Assembly (NCBI RefSeq): GCF_006345805.1
Contig: NC_043009.1
Location: 35,650,001 to 35,714,000, forward strand
Reading direction: 5' to 3'
Source: Octopus sinensis
Lineage: Eukaryota
DNA length: 64,000 bases
Part shown: one piece after another, positions 39,627 to 52,173 of the stretch
Numbering within the stretch: position 1 is the stretch's first letter
How the letters are laid out: each line of letters opens with the position of its first letter
Notes under the pieces: model-generated
What the model was told of the DNA's origin: nothing
Databases searched by the model: none
Seen by the model: only the letters and a program-made list of their open reading frames with translations
Translations under genes and position numbers: made by a program

Positions 39627-40149
39627 TATTACTACCTCTACAACAGTAACAGCAGCAACACTAGTATGATTCGCCAGTATAGCCATAATTAACTCTCAAC
39701 TCGCGTACAAATGATCATCATGCAATAAGACATGATGTTTCTAAGAAGATTTCTCAATTTTCTCCCAGAACATAAAACTAATCGGACAGGAATTCTAATT
39801 GATTCATATTCTAAATATTTATTGGCATCTCTCGACAAATTGTAACCATTCTCTCTGAAAACAACTCCCCTACATTTCGTACTCAACACCCCAGTCTTAT
39901 AATATACGTCTCTCCATCTCATTTTACCCCTCTCTTGCTCTGTGCGTTTAACTGGAGGTAGGTTGGTATATATGCATATTTATACGCATATGTACACATA
40001 TACACAGACAGTCACTCACAGACAAACACAGACACATGCAGACACATTAACACACACACACATGTATAGTAGAATTAACAGGAGAAACAAAACGCAATAC
40101 ATGAGTATATGCTTTTTATCTTATTTCATCTTATTTCAACAGACAAAAA

Positions 40150-40232
40150 TGACTGAAGGGCAGAGAGTTTACTATATGGCGCTTATCATATTTCGATAAC
40201 TGCCATGCACAAAACTCTCGGCCCTTCAGTCA
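40150..40232. other. 83-nt symmetric hairpin (candidate pre-miRNA or foldback remnant)
   Basis: TGACTGAAGGGCAGAGAGTTT pairs with AAACTCTCGGCCCTTCAGTCA at 20 of 21 positions. Pairing continues gap-free to a 7-nt loop, with an extra basal CAGACA/TGTCTG helix. Confidence 0.6.
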
Positions 40233-41360
40233 CTGTCTGACTATTATAAAATGAAAGATAAAGCATATACAAACAAAGGAAAAATGAATGAGGCGAAAAG
40301 ACAGGCACAAAAGTATGTGCGTGTGTACATATACGTAATTAAATATATGAAAAGCGACGGAAACAATTACACCAGTGTAAATGTGGTGGTTGTGTATGTT
40401 TGTGTTCATGTGCGTATTTGTGTATCGATTCAAATGCCATATTGGATTGGAAATTATCTGAATATATCTAGTAATCTAGAAAGTTTATAAGACTGTGTAT
40501 ACAGAGATGTAACCAACTTGTGCGCATATTTAAATATTTTCATGGAAAGAATGAAAGAGATATTAGCTTCACTATTTTCAATAAGTTCTGATTTTATCAG
40601 TGAGTTTTGTCCTTACCCGGCAGATAGGTCTCTTAATCAAGACTAATTTGTGCAAGTTTTCGCAAAAATCTTCGTTGAGGATTTTTTTCCCTTTTTATAT
40701 CATGTACATGTCTGTTCGACTGTTTCAAGCGACTTTATTCATTAAAACTTATTAAAACTTCCAAATTTCTTACAACTGTGGTCGACGTAATGCATTACTT
40801 TCGTTTGTTTAATAAAAAAATGTCCTCCTCCTAAGGATTTTGCTTTTATTTTGTGGTAGACAGCTATCATAACAGAAAATACCGGCTTCCAAATCTTGTT
40901 TTCTGATTAGGTAAAAAATTGATTAAAATTTCAACCTTTAGTTTTTATGGAACAAATAAATAACAAAATCAGATTTAACGTGTAAAATGTTTTCAATATA
41001 CCAAGCTTCAAAATTTTTATGTAATTTTAAAATTTCACTATATGTGACAGCAACAGGAAAACCCCACAAAAGTAGACAGACACACAGTTATAGGATGTCA
41101 AACACACACACACATTCTCTCTCACACACACAGGCACACACTTACAAACTCGTGGTACACACATGTGACCACGAGTTTTAAATGGTGTATAGTAGACATG
41201 TGTATGTATGCATATATATGTATGTGAGTGTTTCTTTGTGATAGACAGCAGAAAAGCCACCTACCCCTATCTCCTTAAAGCTACGTATTCCATACACCCA
41301 CTTTTCTTTCCCTTCCTTGGCGTTTTAAATGTTACATATGTGTATGCGACTGTGTGTGTG

Positions 41361-43866
41361 TGTGCGTGTGAGTGTGTGCAGTGTGTGTATGCATGTATCT
41401 ATGTATTGGTGAATGTATGTACGCAATGTCACGTGTATATCCCTAAATGACTGCTGTATTAACGTTACCACCCCACTGCCACTACAGATTTGTCGCTTAT
41501 ACAACGCTGTTCTTCCCTTCCCTCATATCAGTCACTCTCACTATGCCACCGCATTTCCTTCACGCTAACTCTTGCACCCTAGGGAGCCCATTATAATTTT
41601 TTTTATTGAAATCCAATTAGCCTATAATTGAACTGGATGTTATTTCAACATATATGCAAAGTTTCGTTAAAATTGGTTTACTAGTGTAGGCAGCAAAGTA
41701 GTAACAGACAAATCGACAGACGGAAATTGCCATTTATGTATGAGATGTGGCTGTGTTGTGTTTTTTCTCAACTATATAGCTCAGCTGGGCACTTTAGGCA
41801 AGCATCTTCTACTATAGTTCAGGTCGAACAAAACTTTGTGTGTGGTGTGCATATATGCGTGTTTGTGTGTGTGTGTGTGTGTTTCTGTGTGTGTGTGTGT
41901 GTATGTGTGTGTAACATCGCGGTTGCAAATGTGACGGATGGAATAAGTACCTAAAATATAAATCATGCGGTCAATCTGTTTGACTAAAACATTTCAACTC
42001 GGTGCTCTTACATAGCTGCATTATTATAAACACAATTTATACAAGATGTTTTAGCCTCAATGCTAAAATAGAAACCACAGAATACCATAGAAACTCTCAG
42101 AAGGTAAGAGAACGGATTGAAACGACTAGTTTCGTCTTTTACGATGGATTCATTAGGAATCGCTTCACCATCCAACCCTTCGATGTTTAGATGTTAGTTA
42201 CATAAAAATGCGACATTATATGTGTGTGCACGCGCGTGCGTCTGCGTGTGTGTGTGGCTGTATGTGTTTGTTTATCTGCGTCTCCGTGTGTGTCTGTGTG
42301 CGTGTGTGTGCAAGTATGTATGTCTTTCTGTGTGTGCGCGTGTACAATATATACTGTTAAGAAAATGAAAATTTCGTGATGCAGTCTAAATATTTGAAAA
42401 TGAGTCTCTTAAATTAAAAATTATGAATATAAAACTCTTATGAAATGCAGATTGGCGTTCACATAAACGTTTCTTCCATCAAGTCTGTGTTTATCTGCTT
42501 TTGTTTTAGAGAGCTTTACATAATTGATAATATAATTTTAAGAAGTGCTTCCATAGATTGTGTTTGTGTATGTGTGATTGTGCGCGCGCGTGTGTGTAAT
42601 GTTTGTGCGTGTGAGTGTGTGCAGTGTGTGTATGCATGTATCTATGTATTGGTGAATGTATGTACGCAATGTCACGTGTATATCCCTAAATGACTGCTGT
42701 ATTAACGTTACCACCCCACTGCCACTACAGATTTGTCGCTTATACAACGCTGTTCTTCCCTTCCCTCATATCAGTCACTCTCACTATGCCACCGCATTTC
42801 CTTCACGCTAACTCTTGCACCCTAGGGAGCCCATTATAATTTTTTTTATTGAAATCCAATTAGCCTATAATTGAACTGGATGTTATTTCAACATATATGC
42901 AAAGTTTCGTTAAAATTGGTTTACTAGTGTAGGCAGCAAAGTAGTAACAGACAAATCGACAGACGGAAATTGCCATTTATGTATGAGATGTGGCTGTGTT
43001 GTGTTTTTTCTCAACTATATAGCTCAGCTGGGCACTTTAGGCAAGCATCTTCTACTATAGTTCAGGTCGAACAAAACTTTGTGTGTGGTGTGCATATATG
43101 CGTGTTTGTGTGTGTGTGTGTGTGTTTCTGTGTGTGTGTGTGTGTATGTGTGTGTAACATCGCGGTTTGCAAATGTGACGGATGGAATAAGTACCTAAAA
43201 TATAAATCATGCGGTCAATCTGTTTGACTAAAACATTTCAACTCGGTGCTCTTACATAGCTGCATTATTATAAACACAATTTATACAAGATGTTTTAGCC
43301 TCAATGCTAAAATAGAAACCACAGAATACCATAGAAACTCTCAGAAGGTAAGAGAACGGATTGAAACGACTAGTTTCGTCTTTTACGATGGATTCATTAG
43401 GAATCGCTTCACCATCCAACCCTTCGATGTTTAGATGTTAGTTACATAAAAATGCGACATTATATGTGTGTGCACGCGCGTGCGTCTGCGTGTGTGTGTG
43501 GCTGTATGTGTTTGTTTATCTGCGTCTCCGTGTGTGTCTGTGTGCGTGTGTGTGCAAGTATGTATGTCTTTCTGTGTGTGCGCGTGTACAATATATACTG
43601 TTTAAGAAAATGAAAATTTCGTGATGCAGTCTAAATATTTGAAAATGAGTCTCTTAAATTAAAAATTATGAATATAAAACTCTTATGAAATGCAGATTGG
43701 CGTTCACATAAACGTTTCTTCCATCAAGTCTGTGTTTATCTGCTTTTGTTTTAGAGAGCTTTACATAATTGATAATATAATTTTAAGAAGTGCTTCCATA
43801 GATTGTGTTTGTGTATGTGTGATTGTGCGCGCGCGTGTGTGTAATGTTTGTGCGTGTGAGTGTGTG
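41361..43866 (+). repeat. Near-identical tandem duplication, two units of about 1244 bp
   Basis: Units 41361-42603 and 42604-43848. tgtgcgtgtgagtgtgtg occurs at all three junctions. The only differences seen by eye are two single-T homopolymer indels. Confidence 0.95.
42055..42103 (+). CDS. Candidate 49-nt exon (LNAKIETTEYHRNSQK), duplicated at 43299-43347
   Basis: Acceptor atgttttag and donor AAG|gtaaga; phase 2 to 0. Confidence 0.2.
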
Positions 43867-44077
43867 TATGTATGTGTGTTGTGTGTATGCTCGCGTTTGT
43901 GTATGTGCGTGTGTGTGTAGTAGTAGTAGCTAACCGTTTGCAAGATTTCTCATGTTGGTGCTATTTATATTTCGTTTTGTACATTAACAAAGGACTTCAG
44001 TAATTAACTAGAGTTTACAATATAGAAATATTACACGGGGAAGAAACTTTTATGGAATACTTGTGGAAATTTTATAA

Positions 44078-44484
44078 ACGTAGGAGTGGCTGTGTGGTAA
44101 ATAGCTTGTTTACCAACCACATGGTTCCGGGTTCAGTCCCACTGCGTGTCACCTTGGGCAAGTGTCTTGTACTATAGCCTCGGGCCGACCAAAGCCTTGT
44201 GAGTGGATTTGGTAGACGGAAACTGAAAGAAGCCCGTCGTATATATGTATATATATATATGCGTGGGTGTGTTTGTGTGTCTGTGTTTGTCCCCCTAGCA
44301 TTGCTTGACAACCGATGCCAGTGTGTTTATGTCCCCTTTACTTAGCGGTTCGGCAAAAGAGACCGATAGAATAAGTACTGGGCTTACAAAAGAATAAGTC
44401 CCGGGGTCGAGTTGCTCGATTAAAAAAGGCGGTGCTCCAGCATGGCCGTACTCAAATGACTGAAACAAGTAAAAGAGTAAAGAG
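44078..44484 (+). mobile_element. SINE family A, full length
   Basis: Near-identical to 31110-31502. Confidence 0.9.
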
Positions 44485-45309
44485 TATTTATTCTTTGATG
44501 TTTCTTACGGCGTGAGGAATATTTTCAAAGTGTCTGTCAAACTCTCTCTTTTTCTCTTTCGGTATATGTATGTGAGTACTTACGTTTTTGTGGGGGTGTG
44601 TGTAAGGTGAAACATAATCTAGAGGCACACTTTTGCAGAAAAGCGAGGGAAAGAATGCACTTTACTATTTCCAGCTCGAGAACAGACCGTAATGCGGTAC
44701 CGCCATTATGAGGAGAAAAAAGATAGGCAATCACTCCAGCAGCACTTCATACAGGAGATGGTTAGCAACGTGTTAGAATAGTAGTGTAAATGTTACGCAT
44801 TTTAATGAACGAAACAATGTTTGGTTATATTTTGACCATTTGCTATAGAAACACTCCGCAAATCCAAGTTTTCTATACCAAATTGGCATGTTATACTTCT
44901 CACCGAGTAAACAACAATAGCCTAACTTTCGATAAATGAATGCCAATCATATTATTAACATCATATTACCTACAAACTTTATTCTGTGTTGCATAATATA
45001 TTTAGAGCCAGATCACATGTTCAGACATTTTAATTCACACTCAACTTAATTATGAATTGGTTGATTAATTCTAAATTTATTATATAACACTACCTAAATT
45101 TTGTATGCTCTATGAAATAAATGGGAGTCATTCATTGAAATGTTCGAAAGATAAATTTGACTTCTCTATTCCTTTATAAAAATAATGCATACAAAGTCGC
45201 TTGCGCGCACGCACACTCACACACATATGCATACCACACTAATTATATATAGACGTGTCTTTGTGTTAAGAAGTTTGATTCTGAAGCTTTTGTTTCTGGA
45301 TTCAGATCT

Positions 45310-45437
45310 CTCCGTGGCACCTTGGGCAAGCGACTTCTGCTATAGCCTCAAATCGACCAAACCATTGACAGTGGATTTGCTCGACGGGAACTAAAGAAAG
45401 CCTGAACAGATATCGGTATTTGTGTCTGTGCGTTTGT

Positions 45438-45516
<79 letters not shown>

Positions 45517-45734
45517 CTGTGTGTCTTTGTGTGCGCTTTTTCTCCTCACCACTTGACAACAAGTGATGGCGTGTTTACATGCCTGTAAGCTGGCGGTTCG
45601 GTAAAAAGCGACCGGTAGTATAAAAAGTAAACATAAATACTGGAGTTCATTCATTGATTCATTCGAGTAAAACTTTTCAAGGTTGTGCCCCACCATGTCT
45701 GCAATTTAATGACTGAAACAAGACTAAGATAAAG
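45310..45734 (+). mobile_element. SINE family A, 5'-truncated, with expanded internal (GT)n
   Basis: gtggcaccttgggcaag...(GT)n...gactgaaacaag. Confidence 0.8.
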
Positions 45735-45745
45735 CCTAAACGATT

Positions 45746-45965
45746 AGAAACGTTAGCACGCCGGGCGAAATGTGTAGCCGTATTTCGTCTGCCGTTACGT
45801 TCTGAGTTCAAATTCCGCCGTGGTCGACTTTGCCTTTCATGCTTTCGGGGTCGATTAAATAAGTACCAGTTACGCTCTGGGGTCGATATAATCGACTTAA
45901 TCCGTTTGTCTGTCCTTGTTTGTCCCCCCTGTGTTTAGCCCCTTGTGGGTAGTAAAGAAATAGAT
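45746..45965 (+). mobile_element. SINE family B, young copy
   Basis: gttagcacgccgggcgaaatg...gttcaaattccgcc...agtaaagaaatag. Confidence 0.88.
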
Positions 45966-46222
45966 TATATATATATGAAGATAATTTTATGATTTCATTA
46001 AACCGAAAAGCAATTAAATTTGAAGAATAAAAATAGGACTGCTTAAGGAAGTGCTCAGCTAACAATGAGACGAAAGGAAAAATATATTACAAGGTATAAT
46101 GAATAAACGCTCTAATTCGTCAAAACAACTGTATAAAATTCCCAAATTATCATAAATTGAGCATGTATATATAGGAGGGGTGAGACCATGCCATAACACT
46201 GCCTTTAGTATATATCCTGAGT

Positions 46223-46606
46223 GGAGGCACAATGGCCCAGTGGTTATGGCAGCGGACTCGCGGTCATAGGATCGCGGTTTCGATTCCCAGACCGGGCGTT
46301 GTGAGTGTTTATTGAGCGAAAACACCTAAAAGCTCCACGAGGCTCCGGCAGGGGATGGTGGTGATCCCTGCTGTACTCTTTCACCACAACTTTCTCTCAC
46401 TCTTACTTATTGTTTCTGTTGTACCTGTATTTCAAGGGGCCGGCCTTGTCACTCTCTGTGTCACGCTGAATATCCCCGAGAACTACGTTAAGGGTGCACG
46501 TGTCTGTGGAGTGCTCAGCCACTTACACGTGAATTTCACGAGCAGGCTGTTCCGTTGATTCGGATCAACCGGAACCCTCATCGTCGTAACCCACGGAGTG
46601 CTTCCA
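46223..46606 (+). mobile_element. tRNA-headed SINE family C
   Basis: A and B boxes present; matches the inverted copy at 31985-32368. Confidence 0.92.
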
Positions 46607-46798
46607 TATATCCTTAATTCTAGTACCTGCTGTTAAAATCTTCCTTCTTGTTTCTGAGAGTTTCATAGTAATGAATGGAATTTACAAGACTATTGTGATT
46701 GAAACAAGGGGAGATAAAACCTTTAGCGCTTATTTCTAAAAGACTGGTGTCAGTAATTCAGAATATAACAATAAACCACTAAGTCATGTTCGATACAG

Positions 46799-46857
46799 AT
46801 TTACAACAAGTGGACACAAAAGAGAATCTATTCACCAAATAACACCTCAGATAATAG
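46799..46857 (+). CDS. Candidate exon (IYNKWTQKRIYSPNNTSDN); alternative longer form 46669-46857 with one TAA
   Basis: Donor AG|gtaaga; weak acceptor. Phase-compatible with 47079-47139. Confidence 0.2.
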
Positions 46858-47078
46858 GTAAGACATTTTATGTATTACATCGAATATATAAAGTTTCTTA
46901 GTAAATTAGCATTGACAGTTTAATTATAATTGAAACAGTAAAGAAAGAGTTTAACTGTTCGTGGTTAATAACTATTTAATACTAGGAATATAAATAGTCA
47001 ATAAATTTAAGAATGTTAGGAAGTATAATATTATAGATACTAGCATACCCGTGTCATCAAAATTATGTACACTTTTAG

Positions 47079-47139
47079 TAATGACAGAAATGACGGATCA
47101 ACACGATGGCTGAAACCAACGGTAGATGTCTGCATTCAA
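47079..47139 (+). CDS. Candidate 61-nt exon (NDRNDGSTRWLKPTVDVCIQ), or a start exon MAETNGRCLHS from ATG 47106
   Basis: Acceptor acttttag and consensus donor CAA|gtaagt. Confidence 0.3.
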
Positions 47140-47519
47140 GTAAGTATATATAAATACACAGAACTGAAGCACTTAACAAAGAGATACAGTCGTAACGTCT
47201 CAGTTAAAAATATTATCGTCCACACAATATATGAAATATTCACTGTTCTATGTTCATGTGAATCAGACAGGGCATAACCGACAAAACTAACAATTGCAAA
47301 TCTTCCTACGTGCTTCGTGGTTGGGGTTCACTGGTAGTCAGGATGAGCTCTGTTGGTTCCTTGTTAGTGGGGGAGAACCTAAAATGCAATTTGTATTTGT
47401 ATTGGTTTTGGAGGTGGTATTGCAGCTAGTATTTGTTGTTACGTAGGTAGGATTTGGGGATGAGGTTTAAGTCTTGTAGTTACTGGATTGTGTTATTATC
47501 ACTATGTGGGATAAGTGTT

Positions 47520-48091
47520 TTATTTTTTACTACAGCCATGCTGGTCATATGATTTGAGTGCGGCCATGCTGGGGCACTATCTTGAAGGGTTTTAGTCGAA
47601 AAGATCGACCCCAGGACTTATTTTTTAAAAGACTAGTATTTACTCTAACGGTCTTTTTGCCGAACCAGAAAGTTACGAGTACGCAAGCACACCAGCATCG
47701 GTTGTAAAGCGTTGATGGAGAAAACACAGACACAAAGACACACACACACATACACACATATATATATATATATGTGTAAGTATATATATATATATATACA
47801 TGTACACTGCAACATAATTTCTTTTCCTCAACAGGCCCTGCCCTTTTTAACATTGTCCCGAGGGAGATCAAAGAGGAAAAGGATCCCATCAACTTTAAAC
47901 GGAGTCTGGATAGATTCCTTCAAAGAATACCAGATAAGCCACCCATAATTGGATACAACTGACCCAACAAGAACTCACTACTTGAACAAAACTTGACATA
48001 AACAGAATTCGAATAATCCTATCAGGTGGTGCTATTAAGTTAGACATGGCCTGGACCAATCTTTGGTCGAAACATATCTAAGTTATCTAAG

Positions 48092-48131
<40 letters not shown>

Positions 48132-48302
48132 TATATATACGACGTGCTTCTTTCAGTTTCCGTCTATCATATCAACTGACAAGGTTTTGGTTAGCCCGAT
48201 GCTATAGTAGAAAGCACTTGCACAAGGTGCCACGCAGTGGGACTGAACCCGGAACCATGCGGTTAGGAAACAACAGTCTTACCACACAGCTACGCTTGCA
48301 CC
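47520..48302 (-). mobile_element. SINE family A split by a nested LINE fragment
   Basis: 3' half at 47520-47740 and 5' half at 48139-48302, both on the minus strand. Confidence 0.8.
47830..48095 (+). mobile_element. CR1/L2-type LINE 3' end
   Basis: GPALFNIVPREIKEEKDPINFKRSLDRFLQRIPDKP...KNSLLEQ; 3' stem-loop GACCAA-TCT-TTGGTC; short tandem tail ctaagttatctaagtta. Confidence 0.8.
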
Positions 48303-50109
48303 AGTAAGCTACTTAACACAGAGCCACATTATTTGAATAATGTGTGATGTACAAGGTTATGGTTTATCACTATCATCAAGAAGATTCACGTCCGTGATAC
48401 GATAGCTCCGATTGAAGAGTCAGGCTAATGTACTTGAAAAGGTAGAGAGGTATATGAAATGAGGTTTTGAGTTGGAATTAATTGAAGTAAAGTTTATAAA
48501 CTTAGCATGTCTAAAAAAGAAAACAGCACAAATAAATTAGTACAGAGGAACAGTTTCCAGCCGCACGAAAAAGAAAATGGGATGAAGTGAGGAATTTTTT
48601 AAATTTATAGGATAGCAGAGGAAGTTCACAGTCAAACATAACAGTACAAAATACACCTTGGTGGCTTGCAGGGGTATGTTAGCCTAAAGGTATATAAAGC
48701 CATAAATTATTGCAGAGCATCAGAGCGCGATCTACAAAGCCATTTCCTTGGTAACGATTTCTCTCTTCCCTCATTAGCAAAACTTCGAATAAAGTAGCAC
48801 CAGGTATACTTGCCTAAAACCAAATGGAGATAGCTAGTCCTGGAAAGTCTCTAGCGATATACTTGTGCAACAAAGGTTTTATTGAAGTAAGTAAAAGAAA
48901 ACGACCACATTTGAAGTGCAAAATTCACGGTAATTTAGAGTTAACAAAATCGCTGGTATCGAATTTTGAGTGGACGTTTAATTCTTGAAGAAAATATTGC
49001 TGTTACATTGGAATTGTTGCAATTACTGAAATACGTGCTTAAGCGCTACTATATTTTCCCAGCAATTCCATTCCATTTTTCTTTGCTAAAAGCTCATAGT
49101 TTTGTCTAAATTGATAACGTGACTGTGGGCTGTCCTATCAAATTTACAATCACTAAATACTGCCTTCTACATAATTGCAGTTTTAAAACAAATTTTTCCT
49201 GAAAATATATTGATGGCATGTATTTAGCATGAAGTTGGAGATGATTAAAATATTAAATAAGATATGATTATATGATTTATACAAAATACCAATAAAACTT
49301 TTTCTCATATTTATTCATGTGCTTCTATTAAAATCATTCTGTTTTCAAATTCCAGCACACCCTTATCTACCAAGAAAAATATATAACTCTCTTTATATAT
49401 TCTAAACAAATAAAAAATATTTATTTTCTGCTGTAAAATCAATTTTAAAATGTTCCAATTTTTTTATCATATTGAAATTACAGTTAATGATATGTATAAT
49501 TCCCAGAAATAAAACGCTGGTACTGTTGATATCCTTATTTATAACAAACCACGATGAACTGTCTCCAAGTTGTGACCATCCCTTCTTTTTGTAAATCTAC
49601 TATACAACTTCCTTTTTTAAGACATTCCGTTAGAACTGAGAGAAGTGCAGCTGCATCTAGTTTGACACATGGTCACTCTTTGAAGCTAAGAAATATCGAA
49701 ATTATTCATTTTGGTGTAAGCCAGAATCTGTAAAAGACGGAAGGTGTGACATTAATCACTCTTCCAAAAATATTATCTCCCCGAACGAAGGAAAATTTCT
49801 GCAACTGTAGATTAAAACTGCTTTGTTATTGTTGTGGTTTCACCCTCGTAAAACACTGACCAAACAAACCAATGATTGCATCCAACCTCTTACCATCCCA
49901 TCTGTCATTTATAGTGTTGTTTTTGCTTTTTGAAAAAATCTGATGTGACATTGTTTTTGAAAGTTAGTATGTGATTTGAAAAGAGATTCGGTAGCTTTTA
50001 CTAGTATATCGATTAACTAGATAGTTGCTCCTCCTTTGCAACGTGTTAAAACTAATTTGCGATAGTGGTTAGCGGAGCGTTTACTGCTTGCTCATGACGT
50101 ATCATTTGA

Positions 50110-50560
50110 CGATACAGTGGGCAAATATATTTGCCTCTATCTCAAAGTGCCGTTTCTACAATCATCGGTGATCGCCGTTCTCCATACTCTCTTATTCCCT
50201 ACACAACACAGTTTGGCAATAGTTTTTCTGAAGCCAGCAGGTCTAGCTATCGAGCATCCAACTGCCTTTCTTGATATCTTTTCAGTTTCGCGGTTGCCAT
50301 CAAATACTCAAGGTTTCTCCTTATATTTTGTCTAATGAAGGAAGCTTGTTTCTCTCCTTTCTACTAATCTTCGCTCGTGTACTGACTTGAACATTTGTAA
50401 TGATCTCCATAAAACACCTTCAGAAATCTCCGCAGCACTGACAAGCTTTTGCAACTTCTGCACAAGTCTATTACTACTCCTTTGACAAACATACACTGGA
50501 GATAAAAGTATGGGGTTTCGAGACTGCAACTCGGTTTTCAATTCGAATAACCTGTCACTC
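50110..50560 (-). mobile_element. Possible decayed RTE-like LINE C-terminal region
   Basis: Faint motifs only (HERRL, RPAGFRK, RVWRTAI). Confidence 0.25.
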
Positions 50561-50893
50561 TTCCCGTAGGCGACAAATATTTTTTACTATTAGCATAAAC
50601 ATTACCATTTAGCGTTTAATTACCATATAAAGTTTAATTCCATTATGTTTCTTTTGTTTAGCCCCAGGAAAATTCTTGTCAATCAGATATAAAATGAAAA
50701 GCGCTCCACGACCACTCTGTCTGTTTAGGCATACTGAAGGCAACATTATCTAATGCACGATCTCCTCGATAAATATAGCAGAGTGTGTTGAGATATATTT
50801 GTCTGCTATTTACATCAGTCCCATCATTTCCTTCAAACTAAAATCTGAGGTCTGGTCCTCATATAACACTATTAATGTTGTAAGCAATCTAAT

Positions 50894-51102
50894 AGGCATG
50901 GCTGTGTATGTAAGAAGCTCCCTTTACAACCACGAGGTTTGGGGTTCAGTCGAAGCGCACGGCACATTAGACAAGTGTCTTCTACTATAGCCATTGACCG
51001 ACCAGTGCCTTTTGAGTCTATTTAGTAGGTGGAAAATCTGTCACGCACTGGGACCGAACCTGGTTGGGGAGCAAGCTTCTTACCACTCATCCGCACCTGC
51101 GC
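50894..51102. mobile_element. Two convergent partial SINE family A heads
   Basis: Plus-strand head at 50894-51035 and minus-strand head at 51041-51102. Confidence 0.7.
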
Positions 51103-51111
51103 TTATATATA

Positions 51112-51357
51112 TCGTTGCTATTATGTTAAACTGTCGTATGTTCAAATTTGGCCTATTGCGGTTTTTGCTTTTCAGTATTTATGTTTGCTTGCAGTAGCCG
51201 ATTCTTTTGGTCAAACCATCGTATCTCCAGCTGCTTCAGATGCCAAGATAAGAAAAATTGTCAAAGTGCACTACAACGGTTTTGCTATGGAATGGGGAAA
51301 CTTTTTATTCTTCTGAAAACGTTTTGGACTTACGACATTTTTATATAATAGCAACGA
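51112..51357. mobile_element. Second copy (inverted) of the TCGTTGCTATTAT MITE
   Basis: Reverse-complement similarity to 7798-8048 along its length. Confidence 0.85.
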
Positions 51358-51420
51358 GTTATGTGTGTGTGCGTGTGTGTGTGTGTGTGTATGTGTGTAT
51401 GTGTGTGCGTGTGTGAGTGT

Positions 51421-52124
51421 GTACATTGGGTTTATATTACACTGACGATGGAAAATGGAAATTTCCCCATAATCCCGAAATCAATTGATATATAATTGAA
51501 CCTTTTCATGAATCTCTTTCATTTATTCCCCCGATTTCGGCGCGTGTTTATTGCGATATTTAAGGTAGCATAGAGCTATATGGTGTCTTTCTTTAGCATG
51601 TGGCTAAGCCTATTTACATACTCGTTTGCCCTTAATATAAATTTATTAATTTCACTTTAACTGGTTATTACATGCTAACCACCTCGTAAAATCATACATA
51701 AATTTTATCCTGAACTTTAAAATATATTAAAAATATATTTACCTTCACCTAAACCAAAATTGCTCAATGGTGAATTATTTGGTTATTTACACATGGCCGG
51801 GATAAATGAACTAGATTCTTGAAATTTAATTTGTATATAAGTACGAACAGTTGTATTTGCGCTGTGAAACCGTTGTGTTCATGGGGTATGTATAATTGTT
51901 CGTATTTATGTGCATTGGGTTATATTACATTGAAGATGGAAAAAGGGATTTTCCTTTCATCCTGAAATCAATGGGTATGTAACTGAACCTTTTCATGAAT
52001 CTTTTTTGCTTATTCGCTTGATTTCGGCGAGCGTTTATTGTGATATTTAGGGTTGTTGAAAGCCATTTGGCGTCATTCTTTAGCATGTGACTAAGCCTGT
52101 GTACTTAGTTTCTTGCCCTGAAGA

Positions 52125-52125
<1 letters not shown>
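51421..52125 (+). repeat. Retrozyme-like tandem repeat (about 487-nt period) with hammerhead in each copy
   Basis: 51421-51640 is similar to 51911-52125. Hammerhead cores start at 51442 (CTGACGA) and 51930 (TTGAAGA). Confidence 0.75.
51436..51496 (+). ncRNA. Type I hammerhead ribozyme, partly decayed
   Basis: ATTACA-CTGACGA-(weak stem II)-GAAA-palindrome ATCAATTGAT-A-TATAAT. The second copy retains a perfect stem I TTACA/TGTAA. Confidence 0.65.

Positions 52126-52164
<39 letters not shown>

Positions 52165-52173
<9 letters not shown>

Noticed and set aside
46223-46295. tRNA genes at SINE heads (also 31110, 44078, 26551)
   Set aside because: A and B boxes are present but there is no complete cloverleaf, and they continue into shared SINE bodies.
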